Origin: the human T2T-CHM13v2.0 reference genome, Homo sapiens
Assembly (NCBI RefSeq): GCF_009914755.1
Contig: NC_060935.1
Strand: one strand, 5' to 3'
DNA length: 64,000 nt
Part shown: piece after piece, positions 56,916 through 64,000 of the stretch
How positions within the stretch are numbered: position 1 is the stretch's first letter
Layout of the letters: every line of letters begins with the position of its first letter
Made by a program: the position numbers and the translations under genes
Notes under the pieces: generated by a model
What the model was told of the DNA's origin: nothing
Database searches by the model: none
Seen by the model: the letters and a program-made list of their open reading frames with translations, nothing else

Positions 56916-58128
56916 ACTCTTAAGACACTGGGTAAAAATTGTTCAATTTAGTCCTGTGGTTCTTCCAAAGGCCTGCTACTAAATGTTTCATTTGAAACTA
57001 ATTCCAAATACTACTGAATTGAATTTGTCTCAGCAAACATAATATTTAATATATAAGTATTTTGCTTAATTTCCAAAAGATTACAGATGTATGTGATTTA
57101 GCACTAAATGATTCAGTCCCCATGTTGCTGATAGTTGGTGTTTAAATCTCAGAGCCTTTCTACAAAATACACAACGCTTAATCATAGCTTTTCTATGGAC
57201 AAAGTCCTGTAAAATAAGAGGGGGCTCTTGAAAATAGACATACCATATTATCTTGTATTAGTTACTTAACTACATCATTGCTGAAGAGGGAGAAACTTCA
57301 GAGAGACCATAGAAAATGACAAAAACAGTGATTTTGGTGTTAAATTTTTTGGAATATTCCAAGCTTTTATTATTTTTTAAAATGGTTTGAGATTTCCATA
57401 ATGAAAAAATCACTTTTTTAATCTTCTTAAAAATATTGGAGTCTTCCTCATTTTTTTCCTCTGGCTATTCTTCCTAGAGGAAAATAAAAACTTGAGACAG
57501 AAGCTATGACCCAGATTCCCACTCTAAGCTTCCAGAATTCAACTTCTTTCTGCTTTCTTTGTAAGCTGTCAAATTCACAGCTGAAGACTTCGGTGCATGT
57601 CTCATTAAAAGTAATTCCATTTCCACAGAAAGGAGAAAACTCTATACGGAGCTGTGTGTCAATGGGTCGGGTGGATCGGTGAGTTATTTATTTTGCCTGT
57701 TTTAGCTCACTAGCCACCAATGATCCTTGATTCTAACTGGATCTAATGACAATGCAGAAATTCTCCCATCACCAGCTGAAGGCAGAAAATCCTCTACAGC
57801 GCAGCCAAAACTCTTCATGCTTGACAGCTTTTGCTGAAAAAAAGTCGCTTCTTTGACAGCAGCTCCCTGGCCTGCCGCTACCTTCTCCAGTTTAGATCTG
57901 TGCTGTCTGGGTTCTGTTGTAGCCAGATTCCCTTTGGAAGGACTTGGTGTCTAAACAAAGTACTGAGAGGAGGAACTCAATTTGGATTCAGAAATGAGAA
58001 GGAAGAATTAAAATGTAGTATAATGGCTGCACTGTCATTGTTGCCAAATTTTGAGCCTCATTTAAGAGTGGGTAACTATGCTGTGTTCAGGCATTAGAGC
58101 CTTGGTGACTTTCCTCTATAATTTAGAC

Positions 58129-58379
58129 TTGTGCTGTCCAGTTAATAGCCACTTGCCACATTGAGATGTTCAGTGTAAACCACAAAATACATTTCAAAGA
58201 CTTAATACAAAAGAAAGAATGCAAAATATCCCATTAATATGTGGATTACATGTTAAAATGATAGAAGTTTAGATATATTGGGTTAAATAAAATGTATTAT
58301 TAAATTTAATATCATTTATTTTTACTTTTTCTTAAAATTATAAATATAGCTAGCATTACATTTCTATTAGACAGTACCA
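58129..58379 (-). mobile_element. MER33 (hAT-Charlie) DNA transposon
   Basis: TGTGCTGTCCA...TAGCCAC...TTTCAAAGACTTAATAC...GATTACATGTTAAAATGATA...GATATATTGGGTTAAATAAAAT...CATTACATTTCTATTAGACAG. Confidence 0.8.
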
Positions 58380-58399
58380 CTTTAGGCATGCAAAGAAAT

Positions 58400-59220
<821 letters not shown>

Positions 59221-59882
59221 TTAGAAAATGAGCAGCAATTTTTCATAAGTAAATTACTGAGCATCCACTATGAATCATTGTGTATAGCAGCTTCTGTTAC
59301 TGAAGCTACTCTGCATTCATTGTGATATAAAAGCACTAAACTGGGCTAAGATAAGATATATTATCAAGGACAGCACAGCTTAGTCACAAGTGCCCTCGAC
59401 AGAGTGAGGAGACAGTGATTGAAAATCTATTTGTTTGATTTATCACTTACATGGTTTTTGGGAAATGGCTTACCTTTTTTATGTAAATTTGTCTCCTCAA
59501 TTACAAAATTATATGTATTCTAAGAAACCTTAGAGAGTGGATTTTTAGACCTGCTTCCTACATTGTTTTGTTATATATATATTTTTTCTTTTTGTGACTA
59601 GTTTATTTCACTTAGCAAACTTTATTGTTTTTTGGGGAAATATAGTCATTTTCATAAAAACATTATTTATGTTAACATGCAGAGTAAATGAATAACAAAC
59701 ACTTAAAAATCCTCAGTTTTAAATTCAAATAGAATAAATGTCAATAGATATATCCACTGCATATTTCTATGGTGCCAATAGTTGCATTACTCTAATTATA
59801 AAATTTAATGTTTGTCTTTTTACTATATGGTGACTAGTGTGACAAGGACTGTGTAGTATTGATATTGTATCTACAGGGAAGA

Positions 59883-60835
59883 TTTTATTTTTTCATTTTT
59901 TTTAAGTTCTGGGACACATGTGCAGGATGTGCAGGTTTGTTACATAGGTAAACCTGTGCCATGGGTATTTGCTGCACCTATCAACTCATCACCTAGGTAT
60001 TAAGCCCAGCATGCATTAGCTATTTTTCCTGATGCTCTTCCTAATTATCATCAGAGCAAACAGACCATCTACAGAATAGGGAAAAATGTTTACAATCTAT
60101 CCATCTGACAATGGTCTAATATCCAGAGTCTACATGAAACTTAAATAAATTTACAAGAAAAAAACAACCCTATTAAAAAGTGGGCAAAGGCCATGAACAA
60201 ACACTTCTCAAAAGAAGATATTTATGCAGCCAACAAAGATATGAAAAAAAGCTCAACATCACTGATCATTAGAGAAATGCAAATCAAAACCACAATGAGA
60301 CACCAATTCATGCCAGTCAGATGGTGATTTTTAAAAAGTAAAGAAATAACAGATGCTGGTGAGGTTGTGGAGAAATGGGAACACGTTTACACTCTTGGTG
60401 GGAATGTAAATTATTTCAACCATTGTAGAAGATAGTATGGCAATTCCTCAAAGGTCTAGAGTCGAAATGTCATTTGACCCAGCAATCCCATTACTGAGTA
60501 TATACCCAAAGGAATATAAATCATTCTATTATAAATATACAAGCATGTGTATGTTCATTGCAGCACTATTCACAATAGTAAAGACATGGAATCAACCCAA
60601 ATGTCCATCAATGATAGACCAGATTTAAAAAAAAATGATACATATACACCATGGAATATTATGCAGCTATAAAAATGAATGAGATCATGTCCTTTGCAGG
60701 GACATGGACTAAGCTGGAAGCCATTATCCTTAGCAAATGAATTGGGAAACAGAAAACCAAACACCACATGTTCTCACTTATAAGTGGGAGCTGAATGATG
60801 AGAACACATGAACACAGGGAGGGGAACAACACACT
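59883..60835 (-). mobile_element. 5'-inverted L1PA (approximately L1PA10-11): 3' end on the minus strand at 59883-60043, inverted segment on the plus strand at 60044-60835
   Basis: Poly-T and a reversed 3'UTR (GCATGCATTAGCTATTTTTCCTGATGCTCT) abut plus-strand ORF2-end sequence. That segment stops at GGGGAACAACACACT, just 5' of where the minus segment begins in L1 coordinates. Confidence 0.85.
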
Positions 60836-61637
60836 CATATATATTATGTTGACCACATAGACAGTAGAGCTGAAAATAGCCTAAAGAGCATAAAAAACTG
60901 TAAAATATGTTAAAAGGAATTATGTTTAATTAGAATTGTCTGATATTTAACTTTTATTTTTTTATAGCTTAATTATTGTTTATAGAATTTAATTTTTAAT
61001 AATGGCTGTGTTTAACAAGAGACACTTAAAAATTTAACATTTCTCTTACAATTGCCTAGATGAGCTGGTTCCAGCACAACACTGGACTATGCCAATAAAA
61101 TATCCTAAAATTCTTCTAGTCAATGATCTCTGTCATATTTTCAGTTACTCCATGACTTTGAAGGGACCACTGACTTAACTGGCTATAATAGAGACTCCCT
61201 TTTTATAAAGATCCAGTACAATAAAGGTGAACGTTTAATGATGTAGAATGGAAAATACTGTCATTTCTGTTTTGCTGTACTAGGAAAAGGTCTGTTCATA
61301 AAGTATAATTTAAATGTGACCCTGCAGAAGGAGTTGACTTTGGCATTCTAGATGGAGTAAACAGAGCATAGGCAGGTTAAAGTGGGTAGTATGTGGTCAA
61401 AATCCAGTCTGCCTACAGTTGAGGCTATATGATGGGAGGGCAAGTAGGCTAAGATTACAAGGGGGAGGCCCAAACTTGATACATAAAGAGGTGCAATAGA
61501 AGAGGTTTCTGAAGGCAGGTAACATGAATTAAACTGCAAGTAAGACTACACTGGCAATAATAGGTTAAGAGAGTACAGTGGCGCTCCAGAAGGATACAAT
61601 AGAGTATTACAATGACAGAGTTTAAAATGAACAAAGG

Positions 61638-63820
61638 TGTATTCTTAGGTATTTTATTCCCTTTGTAGCAATTGTGAATGGGAGTTCACTCATGATTTGG
61701 CTCTCTGTTTGTCTATTATTGTTGTGTAGGAATGCTTGTGATTTTTGCACATTGATTTTGTATCTTGAGACTTTGCTGAAGTTGCTTATTAGCATAAGGA
61801 GATTTTGGGCTGAGATGATAGGGTTTACTAAAAATACAATCATGTCAACTGCAAAGAGACAATTTGACTTCCTTTCTTCTTATGTGAATGCCCTTTCTTT
61901 CTTTCTCTTGGCTGATTACCCTGGCCAGAACTTCCAATACTATGTTAAATATGGTGAGAGAGGGCATCCTTGTCTTGTGCAGGATTTCAAACGGAATGTT
62001 GCCAGTTTTTGACCATTAAGTATGATATTGGCTGTGGGTTTCTCATAAATAGCTCTCATTATTTTGAGATACTTTCCATCAATACCTAGTTTATTGAGAG
62101 TTTTTAGCGTAAAGGGGTGTTGAATTTCATCGAAGGCCTTTTCTGCATCTATTGAGATAGTCATGTGGTTTTTGTCATTGGTTTTATTTATGTGATGGAT
62201 TACATTTATTGATTTGCATATGTTGAACCAGCCTTACAAGGGATGTGAGGGAACTCTTCAAGGAGAACTACAAACCACTGCTCAAACAAATAAGAGAGGA
62301 CACAAATAGGAAAACATTCCATGCTCATGAATAAGAAGAATCAATACTGTGAAAATGGCCATACTGCCCAAAGTAATTTGTAGATTCAATGCTATCCCCA
62401 TCAAGCTATAGTAACCAAAACAGCATGGTACTCATATCAAAACAAATATATATAGACCAATGGAACAGAACAGAGGCCTCAGAAATAACACCACAAATCT
62501 GCAACCACCTGATGTTTGACAAACCTGACAAAAACAAGCAATGGGGAAAGGATCCCCTATTTAATAAATGGTGTTGGGAAAACTGGCTAGCCTTATGCAG
62601 AAAACGAAAACTGGATCCTTTCCTTACACCTTTTACAAAAATTAATTCAAGATGGATTAAAGACTTAAAAGTAATACCTAAAACCATAAAAACTCTAGAA
62701 GAAAACCTAGGCAATACCATTCAGGACATAGGCATGGGCAAAGACTTCATGACTAAAACACCAAAAGCAATGGCAACAAAAGACAAAATTGACAAATGGG
62801 ATCTAATCAAACTAAAGACCTTCTGCACAGCAAAAGAAATTAGCATCAGAGTGAAAAGGCAACCTACAGAATGGGAGAAAAGTTTTGCAATCTATCCATC
62901 TGACAAAGGACTAATATCGAGAATCTACAAGGAACTTAAACAAATTACAAGAAAAAAAAACAACCCCATGAAAAAGTGGGTGAAGGATATGAACAGACAT
63001 TTCGCAAAAGAAGACATTTATGCAGCCAACAAACATATGAAAAAAACTCATCGTCACTGGTCGTTAGGGTAATGCAAATCAAAACCACAATGAGATGCCA
63101 TCTCAGGCCAGTTAGAATGGTGATCATTAAAAAGTCAGGAAACAACAGAAGCTGGAGAGGATGTGGAGAAATAGGAACACTTTTACACTGTTGGTGGAAG
63201 TGTAAATTAGTTCAACCATTGTGGAAGACAGTGTGGCGATTCCTCAAGGATCTAGAACCAGAAATACCATTTAATCCAGCAATCCCATTACTGAGTATAT
63301 ACCCAAAAGATTATAAATCATCCTACTATAAAGACACATTCACACATATGTTGCAGCACTATTCACAATATCAAAGACTTGGAACCAATCCAAATGTCCA
63401 TCAGTGATAGACTGGATAAAGAAAATGTGGCACTTATACACCATGGAATACTATGCAGCCATAAAAAAGGATGAGTTCATGTCCTTTGCAGGCACATGGA
63501 TGAAGCTGGAAACCATCATTCTCAGCAAACTAACATAGGAACAGAAAACCAAACACTGCATGTTCTCGCTCATAAATGGGAGTTGAACAATGAGAACACA
63601 TAGACACAGGGAGGGGATCACCACACACTGGGGCCTGTCAGGGGATTGGGGTCTAGGGATGGATAGCATTAGGAGAAATACCTAATGTAGATGACAGGTT
63701 GATGGTTGCAGCAGACTACCATGGCATGTGTATACCTATGTAACAAACCTGCACATTCTGCACATGTATCCCAGAATTTAGAGTATAATAAAAAATAAAT
63801 ACATAAAAATAAAAGCACAT
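61638..63820 (+). mobile_element. 5'-inverted L1PA7-like element: inverted segment 61638-62235 (minus), sense segment 62233-63820
   Basis: TSD AAAATGAACAAAGG at 61624-61637 and 63821-63834. ORF2 RT fragments lie on the minus strand (61940-62164, 61622-61843) and ORF2 C-terminal fragments on the plus strand (62389-63072, 62976-63407). 3'UTR is GGAGAAATACCTAATGTAGATGAC-type. Confidence 0.93.
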
Positions 63821-64000
63821 AAAATGAACAAAGGCCTGATTTTGGATGTTTACCATGAAATGAAGCATTGACAATATGCAAGGCCACTTTTTAACATAAT
63901 TTGTTAGAGTTTGACATTCTCCTGGAATACAAAGTAAATAATGATCTTTGGAATTATGCTATACAATCTTGGCTTTTGTTGCCTTTGCTGTTGGTGCTTT

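Noticed and set aside
62389-63407. 227-aa and 143-aa ORFs
   Set aside because: They are L1 ORF2 remnants in a truncated, inverted, internally deleted copy.

Overview
This is human genomic DNA: it is AT-rich and CpG-depleted, and it carries a human-specific AluYb8. The only protein-coding sequence I can support is one 250-bp internal exon on the minus strand (47142-47391). It encodes part of the Venus-flytrap domain of metabotropic glutamate receptor 5 (GRM5, roughly residues 221-304). The rest is flanking intron, about 47 kb downstream and 16.6 kb upstream in transcript terms. The intron is dense with L1, Alu, L2/MIR, MaLR/ERVL LTRs and DNA transposons, including near full-length Tigger1 and Tigger2. 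Nearly all other ORFs in the track are L1 ORF2 or Tigger remnants, Alu-derived frames or chance frames. I found no new multi-gene system. The most testable observations are a strong recursive-splice-like AG|GT site at about 27207 with a ~150-nt AG-free tract, and a sense-oriented THE1 LTR that retains TATA, donor and polyA motifs. Others are an AluYb8 inserted into the TSD of an older Alu, two neighbouring 5'-inverted L1s, and a perfect 21-bp duplication that doubles an ISRE-like motif. Repeat subfamily calls come from remembered consensus features, not an alignment. I cannot formally exclude that the window is the duplicated GRM5P1 copy rather than GRM5.
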